The notes below the pieces were generated by a model. That model was not told the DNA's origin. It saw nothing but the letters and a program-made list of their open reading frames with translations, and ran no database searches. From contig DAHWNL010000044.1 of the NCBI GenBank assembly GCA_027339965.1, forward strand, positions 1 to 56,054: DNA of 56,054 nucleotides, read 5' to 3'. This document shows positions 26,652-36,446 of the stretch, piece by piece. Numbering within the stretch: the stretch's first letter is position 1; every line of letters starts with the position of its first letter. This stretch comes from Granulicella sp. GTDB lineage: Bacteria; Acidobacteriota; Terriglobia; Terriglobales; Acidobacteriaceae. Both the position numbers and the translations under genes were made by a program.

Positions 26652-28019
26652 ATGACGACCAACGAAAACCTCACCATGCCGGCGATCGCCCGGGAACGAC
26701 TCGAGCGCCTGCAAGCTCATACCGCCAGAATTGGGGTGATCGGTCTCGGTTACGTAGGGTTACCGCTTACGCTTTTGCTCTGCGCCGCAGGCTTCCAGGT
26801 CACCGGATTTGATATCGATGAGAAGAAAATCGCCGATCTGCAGGCGGGCCGCTCTTACATCTTTCGAATTGACAGCGATGAGATCAAACAGGCTCGTGAA
26901 AAGGGCTTTCAAGCCACCACGGACTTCTCCCAAATCTCCGCGCAGGACGCGATCATCCTATGTGTGCCCACTCCGCTGACAGAACATCGCGAACCGGACG
27001 TCAGCTTCATTGAGAAGACGGCTCAGTCCGTCGCCCCATGGCTCCGCGAAGGGCAACTGGTGGTTCTGGAGAGCAGCACCTACCCCGGCACGACCGAGGA
27101 TCTGATGATTCCCATCCTGCTCGACGGAAGCGCCTCCGGCCTGAAGGTTCAGGGACGCGGTCCGGTCTTGGATCAGGGTGTCTTCTATGTAGCGTTCTCA
27201 CCGGAACGCGAAGATCCAGGCAACATGACGGTGGCGCGCAAGGATATCCCCAAGGTGGTGGGTGGACACGATCCCATCGCCACGGAGCTGGCGGCTACGC
27301 TCTATGAAGCGATCTTCATCAAGTCAATTCGCGTCTCTTCCACCCGCGTGGCGGAGATGACCAAACTGCTGGAAAACATCTACCGCTGTGTCAACATCGC
27401 TTTGGTCAACGAACTCAAAGTGCTCTCCCTGCGCATGGGAGTCGATATCTGGGAAGTCATCGACGCGGCGGCCACCAAGCCCTTCGGCTTTCAGCCGTTC
27501 TATCCCGGACCCGGCCTGGGAGGCCACTGCATTCCTATCGATCCGTTCTATCTGAGCTGGAAGGCCAGGGAGTACGACTTCCATACCCGCTTCATCGAGT
27601 TGGCAGGAGAGGTCAACGGAGCCATGCCGGAGTATGTGGTGCAAACCGTTGGCCATGCGCTGAACCGGCACAAGAAGGCGCTGAATGGATCCAGGATCTT
27701 GATGCTGGGCATGGCCTACAAGAAGGATATCGATGACCTGCGCGAGTCCCCCTCGCTGACCATCATCGAGCTTCTTCGCCGGGAAGGCGCTGAGGTTCTC
27801 TACAACGATCCTTTCTTCCCCACCGTGGGCAGGGGCCGGCATTACAACCTGAACATGACCTGCACCCCGCTGGAAAAGCTGGAGCAGTACGATTGCGTCC
27901 TGATCGTGACCGATCACTCCGATTATGACTACCGCGAGATTGTGCGTTCCGCGCAGTTGGTTGTAGACTCTCGAAACGCAACCAAAGGAATCATCTCAGA
28001 CAAGATCGTCCGGTGTTAG
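26652..28019 (+). CDS. Nucleotide-sugar dehydrogenase (UDP-GlcNAc/UDP-ManNAc 6-dehydrogenase type)
   Basis: GLGYVG, CVPTP, ESSTYPGTT, FSPEREDPG, KLLEN, GLGGHCIPIDP, DLRESP. Confidence 0.94.
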   Translation: MTTNENLTMPAIARERLERLQAHTARIGVIGLGYVGLPLTLLLCAAGFQVTGFDIDEKKIADLQAGRSYIFRIDSDEIKQAREKGFQATTDFSQISAQDAIILCVPTPLTEHREPDVSFIEKTAQSVAPWLREGQLVVLESSTYPGTTEDLMIPILLDGSASGLKVQGRGPVLDQGVFYVAFSPEREDPGNMTVARKDIPKVVGGHDPIATELAATLYEAIFIKSIRVSSTRVAEMTKLLENIYRCVNIALVNELKVLSLRMGVDIWEVIDAAATKPFGFQPFYPGPGLGGHCIPIDPFYLSWKAREYDFHTRFIELAGEVNGAMPEYVVQTVGHALNRHKKALNGSRILMLGMAYKKDIDDLRESPSLTIIELLRREGAEVLYNDPFFPTVGRGRHYNLNMTCTPLEKLEQYDCVLIVTDHSDYDYREIVRSAQLVVDSRNATKGIISDKIVRC

Positions 28020-28272
28020 GACGCGCTCCCTCCGCGCGACATCCGGCGAGCCGGCAGCGCCCGCCAGCAATCTCTTACTCGTCGCAGCCGCTGGGCCCTC
28101 CGGCAGGACAACTCCGCTGGAGGGCTTGTTCGCCGGTGTTTGCGCCGCAGACCATCACCGCAACGAAAGTTATCTCTGGCCAGGCATGGCTCAACGAGAC
28201 CCCCATCCATCCACGAGCCTCGACTCCTCAGGCGCAAAAAGGCTCGATCTGAAATCCAGAAAGAGCTCAACG

Positions 28273-28489
28273 ACGAACGACACTCAAGTCATTCTTCAAT
28301 CCACTCTTACCTGCCCACAGCTCGGCCCAGCCACGCTGGAAGAGATGCCCACCGACTCCCGCCGCTCCTTCCAGAAGGGCGCAGGGGGCCGCGCCGCCAT
28401 GCGGCCGCATCTTTGAGGCTGCAGCGTCTTCCTCTCTTATGGCTCGGTCAATTGCTCCGGTCCAACTGCGGGGTTCCTGCCGCCATTGA
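28273..28489 (+). pseudogene. GDCCVxC-domain small Cys-rich protein pseudogene
   Basis: VILQSTLTCPQLG..EEMPTDS..MRPHL*GCSVFLSYGSVNC, then a frameshift to PVQLRGSCRH*. ACG sits at the likely start position. Confidence 0.7.
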
Positions 28490-28860
28490 GTTCGTTGTGG
28501 CGATAGATCATCTTCAGCGCGGATGCCTTGGCCCGGTTCGCTTGCTCTAGCCGCGCCTCAAAAAAATCAATGAAGGATGGATCCGGTGCGAAACCCAAGC
28601 ATGTCTCAGCCTATGACATCTTCAGGGCTGGCATAAGGCGACACCTTCGCTTCGATAGGCGTCTTCTTCGGACAGGAGTACGACCGCACGGCCAAATCGA
28701 TCTTCGGCAACCTTGCAAGCTCCACCCAAAGGTCAGAGACAGAGAGAGAAACAAGTGCGGGTGCGGCTTGGAGCAGATCCCCAAGGGTTTGGAGATCAGA
28801 CGGTCAGCAGAGATCCAGGAAGTTGCCTTCATCCCTTCGGCAACAGCCCTTGCGCGCCTC

Positions 28861-29454
28861 TCAGTAAAGGTTCGCAGGAGGCTGCGAAATCATCCTTGGC
28901 CGCCGCCGGTAAAGCGCCAGACCAGACATCGCTCCCACCCCGGTGGCCACGAAGATCAGGCTTGACGGCTCAGGCGTCGCCGACAGCGACGGACTATAGC
29001 TGCCCGGAGGGCCGGGGGCCGCCATCGGTGGATAAACCGGATCTCCCGTGGGGGGAGTGATCGGGGCGTCCGGCGGCGCCAGATTCGCTACTGTCACACT
29101 CGGCAGGCTGGGCGCGGTAAAGGTATTGGTCATGGAGGAGAGCAAGGAAGGCAGCGAGACCGGCGGAACGGGTTGATCCATCTCCGCCGGGTCGGTTGGA
29201 ACACCACAGACAAAATCGATCTTGTCCAGCGCCTCTTTCGGGGTGGGGTGGTAATGCGGATGAGCCTTGTTCCAGGCCGCCCAACGCGCCAGCGTGGCTG
29301 CGCTCACCCGATGATGCAGGTGCTTGGCAAGCTGATGCTTGTAGGCCAAAAACAAGTTCTGGCAGTCGGTGGACGCACGCACGCCCATGGTGCCGATTCC
29401 AGCACTGGCAATCATCAGCAGGATGAAGAGCGGGAGTCGAAATTTCATTCTCAT
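28861..29454 (-). CDS. PEP-CTERM sorting-domain protein (exosortase substrate)
   Basis: Signal peptide, Pro-rich linker, and C-terminal TPEPSSLIFVATGVGAMSGLALYRRR. Confidence 0.9.
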   Translation of the reverse strand: MRMKFRLPLFILLMIASAGIGTMGVRASTDCQNLFLAYKHQLAKHLHHRVSAATLARWAAWNKAHPHYHPTPKEALDKIDFVCGVPTDPAEMDQPVPPVSLPSLLSSMTNTFTAPSLPSVTVANLAPPDAPITPPTGDPVYPPMAAPGPPGSYSPSLSATPEPSSLIFVATGVGAMSGLALYRRRPRMISQPPANLY

Positions 29455-29525
29455 CGGGGATCCTCGTGCATGCCCTGCCGCCCATCCTCAAGTTTCTTTC
29501 CAGCACCCTCGCCGTCTCTCCACGC

Positions 29526-30617
29526 TCAGCGATGCGTGGGGACGCTCAACCTGCGGCGCAACGGATCATCCGCCGTTGCCTTGGCCGGTCCGTGTTTCTG
29601 GGCGGAAGGCATCATGAGAACGGTGGAGCTCTCCTCACTCAATTTGTACAATAAAGAGCGGTAACTGATGTGCAGCCACTTCGCTGTCTTCTGACGGTTC
29701 CAACTGTTGGCCTGCAGCGCCTTCAGAATGATGTGGCGCTCCAGATCCAGGGTCGCCTTCTTGGTGATATGTCGCAAGGAGACAGGTTCGCTCAGATCGA
29801 TGTCCGCCATGATCTTGTCGTTGACACTCTGCTGCGGCATCAGTTCGTCGGTCAGAATGTCTTCGTTGCCAATCAGTACATAGCTGCGGACAATATTTTC
29901 CAGTTGGCGGATATTTCCCGGCCAATCGTAACGCTGCATCAGCTCAAGCGCGTTGCGCGACAGAGGTCTCGGCGAGAGGCTAAAGGTGCGCGCATGCTGT
30001 TCCAGGAAGTAATCCACCAGCCGAGGAACATCCTCCTTGCGCGCCCGCAGGGGAGGCAGATTGATGGTGACCGCGTTAATCCGGTACAGGAAGTCCAGAC
30101 GGAAAGATCCATCTTCCACCTGATTGCGGAGATCCTGGTTCGCTGCGGAGACCAGACGGGTCTCAATGGCCAGCGTGGAGTGGCCGCCCACCCGCACAAA
30201 GGTTCCGTCCTGCAAAACTTGCAGCAGTTTGGATTGCACCATCAGATCCAGACTGCCAACCTCATCCAAAAAGAGCGTTCCCATGTGAGCCTGCTCCACC
30301 CGGCCCCGCTTGGTGGTGTGCGCGCCCGTAAAGGCTCCCTTCTCGTAGCCGAAAAGCTCCGTCTCCAGCAGCGTCTGCGGTATCGAAGGGCAGCTGACCT
30401 TGACCAGCGAATCCTTGGAGCGGCGAGAAAGGGCGTGCACCAGCCGGGCGCAGATCTCCTTCCCAGTCCCAGTCTCTCCTTGCAACAACACCGGCACATC
30501 GGTGCTCGCCACCCGCTCAATCTTCTGGCGGACAGCCTGCATGGATGGGGTGCGCCCAAAGACGACGTCCAATGGCGGAAGATCCAGAAATGCAGCCGAG
30601 TTTACGAAATGGTCCAA
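29526..30617 (-). CDS. Sigma54-dependent activator (AAA+ and HTH) lacking an N-terminal regulatory domain
   Basis: GETGTGKE, ELFGYEKGAFTGA, FLDEVG, WPGNIRQL, Fis-type HTH. TTG 30617 is preferred as start because a sigma54 promoter lies at 30666-30681. Confidence 0.9.
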   Translation of the reverse strand: MDHFVNSAAFLDLPPLDVVFGRTPSMQAVRQKIERVASTDVPVLLQGETGTGKEICARLVHALSRRSKDSLVKVSCPSIPQTLLETELFGYEKGAFTGAHTTKRGRVEQAHMGTLFLDEVGSLDLMVQSKLLQVLQDGTFVRVGGHSTLAIETRLVSAANQDLRNQVEDGSFRLDFLYRINAVTINLPPLRARKEDVPRLVDYFLEQHARTFSLSPRPLSRNALELMQRYDWPGNIRQLENIVRSYVLIGNEDILTDELMPQQSVNDKIMADIDLSEPVSLRHITKKATLDLERHIILKALQANSWNRQKTAKWLHISYRSLLYKLSEESSTVLMMPSAQKHGPAKATADDPLRRRLSVPTHR

Positions 30618-30665
30618 AGGGATGTCCTGCCGGCGATCTTGATTTAAGAACCTGCCGATGCACGT

Positions 30666-30681
30666 TGCACGTTGAAGGCCA
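30666..30681 (-). promoter_or_regulatory. Sigma54 -24/-12 promoter
   Basis: TGGCCTTCAACGTGCA (GG-N10-GC). Confidence 0.6.
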
Positions 30682-30992
30682 TACATGACCTGTTGGAATC
30701 TCGGCTCCAATCTCCTTCCTGCTCATGCGCAATCCTGTGAATTGCTCTCGATAAAGTGACGAAAGGGCCTTTGTTTACTATGTAATTAATGCATCATGTG
30801 TGGAATTTTTTTCTCTTTTTGACTGCAAAGTTCTTCCTTTTCTCCTTGGGTTCGACTAGACTGAACCCACCTTGACGGCGATGGAGCCGATGTCTTCCGG
30901 GTTCGGGTTCCGCAGATGTGCGTACCGAACGAGACCGTCGATGCACAGCGAACCTCGGTGGAGCGTCAGCTACAGGTATGAGGAGTCCTGCA

Positions 30993-32411
30993 ATGTCGAA
31001 CACGATGCCATTTGGGGGTCCCAAGCTTGCTCAGGCACCCAAGCCTCGGCTGTTCGCCCTGGATTCCAATCTCGCCGTTCTGGAGTACCTGCGTGAGGTT
31101 CTCGGCAGCCAATATTGCCTAAGTCTCTTCTCTGACGAGAGTTCTCTGCTGCAGCACTGCGCCATCGGCCCGGAGCCCCATCTTGTCCTGTTGGCCTGGG
31201 AGAACATCGAGCAGTCGCTTCCCATCCTCTCCCACGTGCGCGCTTCTCTCCCGGATGTCCCGATCGTCCTGCTCTCCTGCTCAGCCGAAGTGAAGGAGTT
31301 GGAGATCGTCACTCGTATCGGGCCACGCGGGGTGGTTTTGAAACCCTTCGTGGATCGGAACCTGGAGATCGCCCTCGAGGAGCACTTGGCCCTGGTGGAC
31401 CGCGCTACTTCGGCCGAACCCCAGGAGATCCGGCTCGACGACAGCCACTCCTTCGTCTGGTCCAACAAGCGGATGCGCGAGCTGCAAGCCCAGGCGGCGC
31501 TGGTGGCCAAGTCCGATATTCCCGTGCTCATTATGGGAGAAAGTGGTACAGGCAAAGAGATTCTGGCCATGTACACCCACAAGATGTCCCTGCGCAGTGA
31601 GCACATGTTTCTCAAAGTGAACTGTGCCGCCATGCCGGCCGATCTGCTGGAAAGTGAACTCTTTGGCTATGAACAGGGAGCCTTCACCGGAGCCATCAAG
31701 GCCAAGCCCGGCAAGTTTGAGATTTGCAGCGGGGGAACCATCTTTCTGGACGAGATCGGCGAGATGCCCGCCATCCTGCAGGCCAAGCTGCTCCAGGTAT
31801 TGCAGGATGGGACCTTCTCACGGCTGGGCAGCCGGGCTCCCATGAAGGTGGACGTCCGCGTCATCGCGGCGACCAACATCAACATGAAAGCGGCCATCGC
31901 GCAGAAGAGCTTTCGGGAAGACCTCTACTACAGGCTGAACGGCTTCTCTCTTGTCATTCCTCCTCTTCGAGATCGGCGTGACGAGATTCCGGTCCTCGCG
32001 CAGCACTTTCTGCAAAAGGGAGCTGCCAAGTATGGAGGCAATCCGGTCATCCCATCGAGAAACCTGCTCGATGCACTGGCTCGTTACTCCTGGCCCGGGA
32101 ACAGTCGGGAACTGGAGCATGTGATCAATCGATTCCTCATCCTCGGTGATGAGATGGCGATTCTTGCCGACTTGAGCCCATTCTCTCATCTGAACTCTGA
32201 GACCAACTCCTCAACAGATCAGATCAAGGGCTCAGGCCTCAAGCAACTCGTCCGCAGTCTCAAGGGAGACGCCGAGGCGGCGGCAATCGAAAAGATTCTG
32301 GAGGCGAACGGATGGAACCGGAAGGCGGCGGCAAACGAACTTCAGATCAGCTACAAGGCGTTGCTGTACAAGATCAAGCAGTACGATCTGGCTCCAAGAC
32401 GGAGAGCTTGA
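30993..32411 (+). CDS. Sigma54-dependent activator with an atypical (Asp-less) receiver-like domain
   Basis: GESGTGKE, GYEQGAFTGA, FLDEIG, REDLYYRL, HTH. The N-terminal REC-like pattern (LFALDSN..HLVLLAWE..IVLLS..VLKPF) has Ala at the phospho-Asp position. The start is uncertain (30978 or 30993). Confidence 0.9.
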   Translation: MSNTMPFGGPKLAQAPKPRLFALDSNLAVLEYLREVLGSQYCLSLFSDESSLLQHCAIGPEPHLVLLAWENIEQSLPILSHVRASLPDVPIVLLSCSAEVKELEIVTRIGPRGVVLKPFVDRNLEIALEEHLALVDRATSAEPQEIRLDDSHSFVWSNKRMRELQAQAALVAKSDIPVLIMGESGTGKEILAMYTHKMSLRSEHMFLKVNCAAMPADLLESELFGYEQGAFTGAIKAKPGKFEICSGGTIFLDEIGEMPAILQAKLLQVLQDGTFSRLGSRAPMKVDVRVIAATNINMKAAIAQKSFREDLYYRLNGFSLVIPPLRDRRDEIPVLAQHFLQKGAAKYGGNPVIPSRNLLDALARYSWPGNSRELEHVINRFLILGDEMAILADLSPFSHLNSETNSSTDQIKGSGLKQLVRSLKGDAEAAAIEKILEANGWNRKAAANELQISYKALLYKIKQYDLAPRRRA

Positions 32412-32929
32412 ACCACTTCCCGCCCGTGGAGAGCTCCGGCGACCCCTATATGATCGTAGTCCGCGGAGAAGATTACACCCTGAAAGGATTCGCTGATCGC
32501 TCTCAGTGGCCGCCGGAGATGGACGGAGCCCATACCCAGGGACTGACGTCCGTTCGTCTGCGGCACCTGCACTCTGGGGAAGTGGAAGACATCGCTCTGA
32601 CCAATATCAAAGCTGTCTTTTTTGTGAAGGACTTCTCCGGCCAGACCAGCCATGTGGACCTGCTCTTCCACAACCGGCTGCCGCCGATGGAGTGCTTGTG
32701 GATTCGCATTCGCTTCGATGACGGCGAAACCATCGAGGGGATCATCCATAACTCTCTGGACCACATCGTTGGTCCAGGTTTCTTCATGGCGCCCGCCGAT
32801 CCTATTGGCAACAACTGGCTCATCTATGTCTCCAAAAGCCGGCTGACCGGCTTTGAGATCCTCGGGCTCCGCCCCCAGGTGAAAAGCCTGCGCCGCCCCC
32901 AGAAGGCTGCTGCCGCAACCATCCCTTGA
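32408..32929 (+). CDS. DUF6982-like conserved protein
   Basis: IKAVFFVKDF..LWIRIRFDDGETIEG..GFFMAPADP..NN. Start is TTG 32408 (overlapping the upstream stop) or ATG 32450. Confidence 0.65.
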   Translation: MNHFPPVESSGDPYMIVVRGEDYTLKGFADRSQWPPEMDGAHTQGLTSVRLRHLHSGEVEDIALTNIKAVFFVKDFSGQTSHVDLLFHNRLPPMECLWIRIRFDDGETIEGIIHNSLDHIVGPGFFMAPADPIGNNWLIYVSKSRLTGFEILGLRPQVKSLRRPQKAAAATIP

Positions 32930-33017
32930 AGTTTGTTCCATGCAGGTGTCGCCCGAAGACTCGGCCCATAGCTCTGTCCGCAGGGAGATTCAGCAGCGTT
33001 CTGCGCCAACCAGGCGG

Positions 33018-33956
33018 CTACGCTGAGGTATACCAGGCCACTGTCTTTTCCAGACCAGCGTAGAAGTCATCCATGGGCCGGTAGCCGAGCTCTTTTCTGG
33101 CGCGGTCGATGCTGGCCAGAGAGTGTTGTATGTCTCCAGCCCGTGGAGGCCCATAGTGGGGCGCTTCAGAGAAGCCTAGAATCTTTGCTATTCCCGCATA
33201 CACCTCGTTCAGAGTGTGGCTTTGTCCAGTCCCTACATTGAAAACCCGGCCCGTGGCGAACTCATCTGGGGCCATACAGGCCAGCAGATTGGCGTTCACC
33301 GCGTTATCGATAAAGGTGAAGTCTCTGCTGGTGCTTCCATCACCATAGATGGTAGGCGTCTGGCCGGCCATCATCATGTAAATGAACTTTGCAATCACGC
33401 CGGAATACGGCGAATCGGCGGCCTGGCGCGGCCCGAAGATATTAAAATAGCGGAGGCAGATGCCCTGCAGCCCATAGCACCGGAAGAACGCCTGAATGTA
33501 AGACTCGCAGGTCAGTTTCTGCACCGCGTACGGCGATAAGGGCATGGGAAGCATCTCTTCATGCTTGGGCTGGGTCGGCTGATCGCCGTAAGCGGACGAG
33601 GACGCGGCGTAGACGATCCTGCGAACACCCGCATCTTTGGCCGCGAGCAGCAGATTCAGCGTTCCGTTGATATTGGAGCGATGAGAAGGCAGCGGATCCA
33701 GCACCGACCTTGGAACCGAGGCCAGCGCTCCCTGATGCAGAATGAAGTCAACTCCCTCACAGGCGGCGCGCACCCCGTCTTCATCCTGTAGATCCATCTC
33801 CTGGAACTGAATCGAGGAGAGAATCTCCGTCAGATTCTCCATCCTGCCCGTTGCCAGGTTGTCAAAGCCGCGCACCTCGTGCCCCTGATGAAGCAGAGCG
33901 CGCGCCAGGGAAGATCCAATGAATCCTGCAACTCCAGTGATCAGATAACGTGCCAT
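33018..33956 (-). CDS. Extended-SDR UDP-sugar 4-epimerase (WbpP-like)
   Basis: TGVAGFIG, HQGALASVPRS, ASSSAYG, YAVQK, RYFNIFGPRQ. Confidence 0.93.
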   Translation of the reverse strand: MARYLITGVAGFIGSSLARALLHQGHEVRGFDNLATGRMENLTEILSSIQFQEMDLQDEDGVRAACEGVDFILHQGALASVPRSVLDPLPSHRSNINGTLNLLLAAKDAGVRRIVYAASSSAYGDQPTQPKHEEMLPMPLSPYAVQKLTCESYIQAFFRCYGLQGICLRYFNIFGPRQAADSPYSGVIAKFIYMMMAGQTPTIYGDGSTSRDFTFIDNAVNANLLACMAPDEFATGRVFNVGTGQSHTLNEVYAGIAKILGFSEAPHYGPPRAGDIQHSLASIDRARKELGYRPMDDFYAGLEKTVAWYTSA

Positions 33957-34102
33957 CCGTCCTCATTCCATGATTTTATGGTTCGCTCCATCACTTCCTA
34001 AGAAAACTCCGAAGCGGGGCGGGCGAAAGTTCAACTTCAATTCTCCCCGGGGCGGCCGCAGAGTCTCTGCCTCGGTTGCCAGGGGAGCAGGTTCCAGCTA
34101 GG

Positions 34103-35479
34103 TCACTGCGCTCCGCGGCGGCGGATGACAGTCTTGATGGTCTCGAACATGATCAAAAGATCCAGACCCAGCGTTTGATGCTTCACATAGTACAGATCAT
34201 AAGCCAGCTTCTCTCGGCTCTCCTCCAGCGTGGCTCCATATCCATACCGGATCTGCGCCCAGCCAGTCAGGCCGGGGTGAATCATGTGGCGAACCTCGTA
34301 AAAGGGCAACTCCTCCGTTAGCCAGCTCACAAACTCCGGCCGCTCCGGACGAGGACCTACAAAGCCCATCTCTCCGCGCAGGACATTCCACAGTTGCGGC
34401 ACCTCATCCAGGCGAGTCTTGCGCAGAAACTGTCCGATGCGGGTGACTCTGGGATCGTTCTTCTGCGCCCACTGCGCTCCACCAGCTTCGGCGTTGACCA
34501 CCATGGTGCGGAATTTGCTCAACTTGAACACCTTGCCATTCAACCCTACCCGCTCCTGGCGGAAGAAGATAGGACCTGGGGAAGAAAGCTTCACCAGCAG
34601 CGCTACAAAGGGAAATACCGGTAAGAACAGCAGCAGAATAAGGGCCGACACCAGCGTCGAGGCCATCCTTCTCAGAATCTGCTGCGATGGGCGCATGCGG
34701 AAGCCCTCGCAAAACAGAAGATCGCTGGGACGAAGTCCATCCAGTTGCATCTTCCCACTCAACCTCTCCATAAGGTCGCTGGCCTCCTGGATGGTCACGC
34801 CGCCCAGCCGCATGGAGAGAAGACCATCGACTGGAAGTTCTCCGCGCCGGTCATCCAGCGCAATCACAACCCGGTGGATCTTGCCATGACTGAGTGCCAT
34901 ATGCCGCACGGCCTCCGCAAACAATCTCTTGCGTTCGGCCTTGTCTGCCGCGGGAGCATCGCAGCCAACAACCACCATGCCGGACTCACGGTGCGCCTCA
35001 ATGGTCGCGATGATCTCCTTGGCGCGCTCTCCGGAGCCCAGCACGTAGACCCGTTCCTGAAAGATAGGGTGCCCGCTGATCCACTCAAACGCTTTGCGCC
35101 AGGCGATCAGGGACGCCACGACAAAGATAAGTCCCAACAGAAAGACAAACCTTGCAATGGCGGCTTCTGGAAAGACATAGACGACCAAGGAGAGCAGAAT
35201 CGCCAGGCATCCGATAATCACCATCAGCCGCAGATAGATCTCCCACCGCTCGGAGACCTGTTGCGGTTCGTACAGATCGAAGTAGTGAGCGCCCAGAATG
35301 GTGCTCACCGTCAACAGCGCGATCTTCAATTCTCCGTGGCTCTGCCCAAGGACAGAGAATGTCCTGGGCCCCAGCACCAGAGCTGAAGCCAGCAAAAACG
35401 ATCCTCCCACGATCAAAAACTCACAGATGACCAGGATGATCGTTCGGGTCGGATAGTAGACGTTCAGTAGCTTGATCAT
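34103..35479 (-). CDS. Priming polyprenyl-phosphate sugar phosphotransferase, PEP-CTERM/EPS-associated
   Basis: N-terminal TM helices; SPGPIFFRQERVG, KFRTM, DPRVTRIG, RLDEVPQ, GPRPERP, PGLTGWAQ. Confidence 0.93.
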   Translation of the reverse strand: MIKLLNVYYPTRTIILVICEFLIVGGSFLLASALVLGPRTFSVLGQSHGELKIALLTVSTILGAHYFDLYEPQQVSERWEIYLRLMVIIGCLAILLSLVVYVFPEAAIARFVFLLGLIFVVASLIAWRKAFEWISGHPIFQERVYVLGSGERAKEIIATIEAHRESGMVVVGCDAPAADKAERKRLFAEAVRHMALSHGKIHRVVIALDDRRGELPVDGLLSMRLGGVTIQEASDLMERLSGKMQLDGLRPSDLLFCEGFRMRPSQQILRRMASTLVSALILLLFLPVFPFVALLVKLSSPGPIFFRQERVGLNGKVFKLSKFRTMVVNAEAGGAQWAQKNDPRVTRIGQFLRKTRLDEVPQLWNVLRGEMGFVGPRPERPEFVSWLTEELPFYEVRHMIHPGLTGWAQIRYGYGATLEESREKLAYDLYYVKHQTLGLDLLIMFETIKTVIRRRGAQ

Positions 35480-35498
35480 GACGGCACCAGGATCCGGC

Positions 35499-36446
35499 TC
35501 ATACCGCCGCTTTTTCATAGCGGTAGTAGTACGTTCCGCTCATCGAAGGCTTCTCCACTGCATTCAACACAAACCCAATGACGTTGGCCGACTTCAGTTC
35601 GTTCTGGGCCCGTTGCGCCACGGGGAACGTGGTGACGCCGCTGCGCGCCACCAGCAGCACCGCATCGCTGGATCGGGCCAGATTCACGGCGTCGGAGACC
35701 AGCAGCACCGGAGGCGAGTCGATGACGATCCATTCGAAGAAGGGGCTCAAGGTTGCCAGTAGCTCCTCAAAGCGTTTGCTGCTGGCCATGTCGGCCGCCA
35801 TCTCTCCCCCCTTTCCGGCGGGAAGAAAGGTAAGGTTCTCCAGCACCGAAGCCATCATGGGATCACGGCCTGCCGCCTCCTGCGGAGACTGCAACACGTC
35901 GAGAATGCCGGCCTTGCCCGCCAGGTACTCGGAGAGCCCGGGATCTTCCTGACTACCCAGATAGTGATGCAGGCTTGCACAGCGCATGTCGCCATCGATC
36001 AGCAGCACCTTGCTGCTCTTGTGCCGGGCCAGGTTGATCGCCAGATTTGCGGAGATAAAGCTCTTTCCTTCCTTGGGCAGGCCACTGCTCACCAGGATGG
36101 ACTTCAGCGGCTTAAGACCGCGCAGCTCCTGCACCCGCGAGCGCAGACTGCGGAACTGCTCTACCGATACTCCGCCCTTTTCCAGGGCCGGCAACTGCTC
36201 CTGCACCGGATTCCATGACCTGCGTGGCACGCGATCGAGAAATCCCGGTTGTAGCACGGAGGACGCCGAGCCATCCGCGACCGGCGCGGAAACCAGCTCA
36301 GCAACCTGCCGCCTCTCTGCCGCCAGCGCTTCAGCCAGATGGGGATGCTCCAGCGCAGGTTCCGGCATGGGGAGGGTGGCCACGGCTTCCAACCCGGCCC
36401 TCCGCTCGGCCTCTGCTCGTTGTAAGGCTTCATAGATATGGCTCAT
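35499..36446 (-). CDS. CpsD/CapB-family bacterial tyrosine kinase
   Basis: EQFRSLR, PKEGKS, LLIDGD, IDSPP, and a C-terminal YYYRY cluster. Confidence 0.92.
   Translation of the reverse strand: MSHIYEALQRAEAERRAGLEAVATLPMPEPALEHPHLAEALAAERRQVAELVSAPVADGSASSVLQPGFLDRVPRRSWNPVQEQLPALEKGGVSVEQFRSLRSRVQELRGLKPLKSILVSSGLPKEGKSFISANLAINLARHKSSKVLLIDGDMRCASLHHYLGSQEDPGLSEYLAGKAGILDVLQSPQEAAGRDPMMASVLENLTFLPAGKGGEMAADMASSKRFEELLATLSPFFEWIVIDSPPVLLVSDAVNLARSSDAVLLVARSGVTTFPVAQRAQNELKSANVIGFVLNAVEKPSMSGTYYYRYEKAAV

Noticed and set aside
28414..28416. TGA as selenocysteine
   Set aside because: It aligns to Gly of GDCC. The gene has also lost Cys residues and its start codon, and it is frameshifted.
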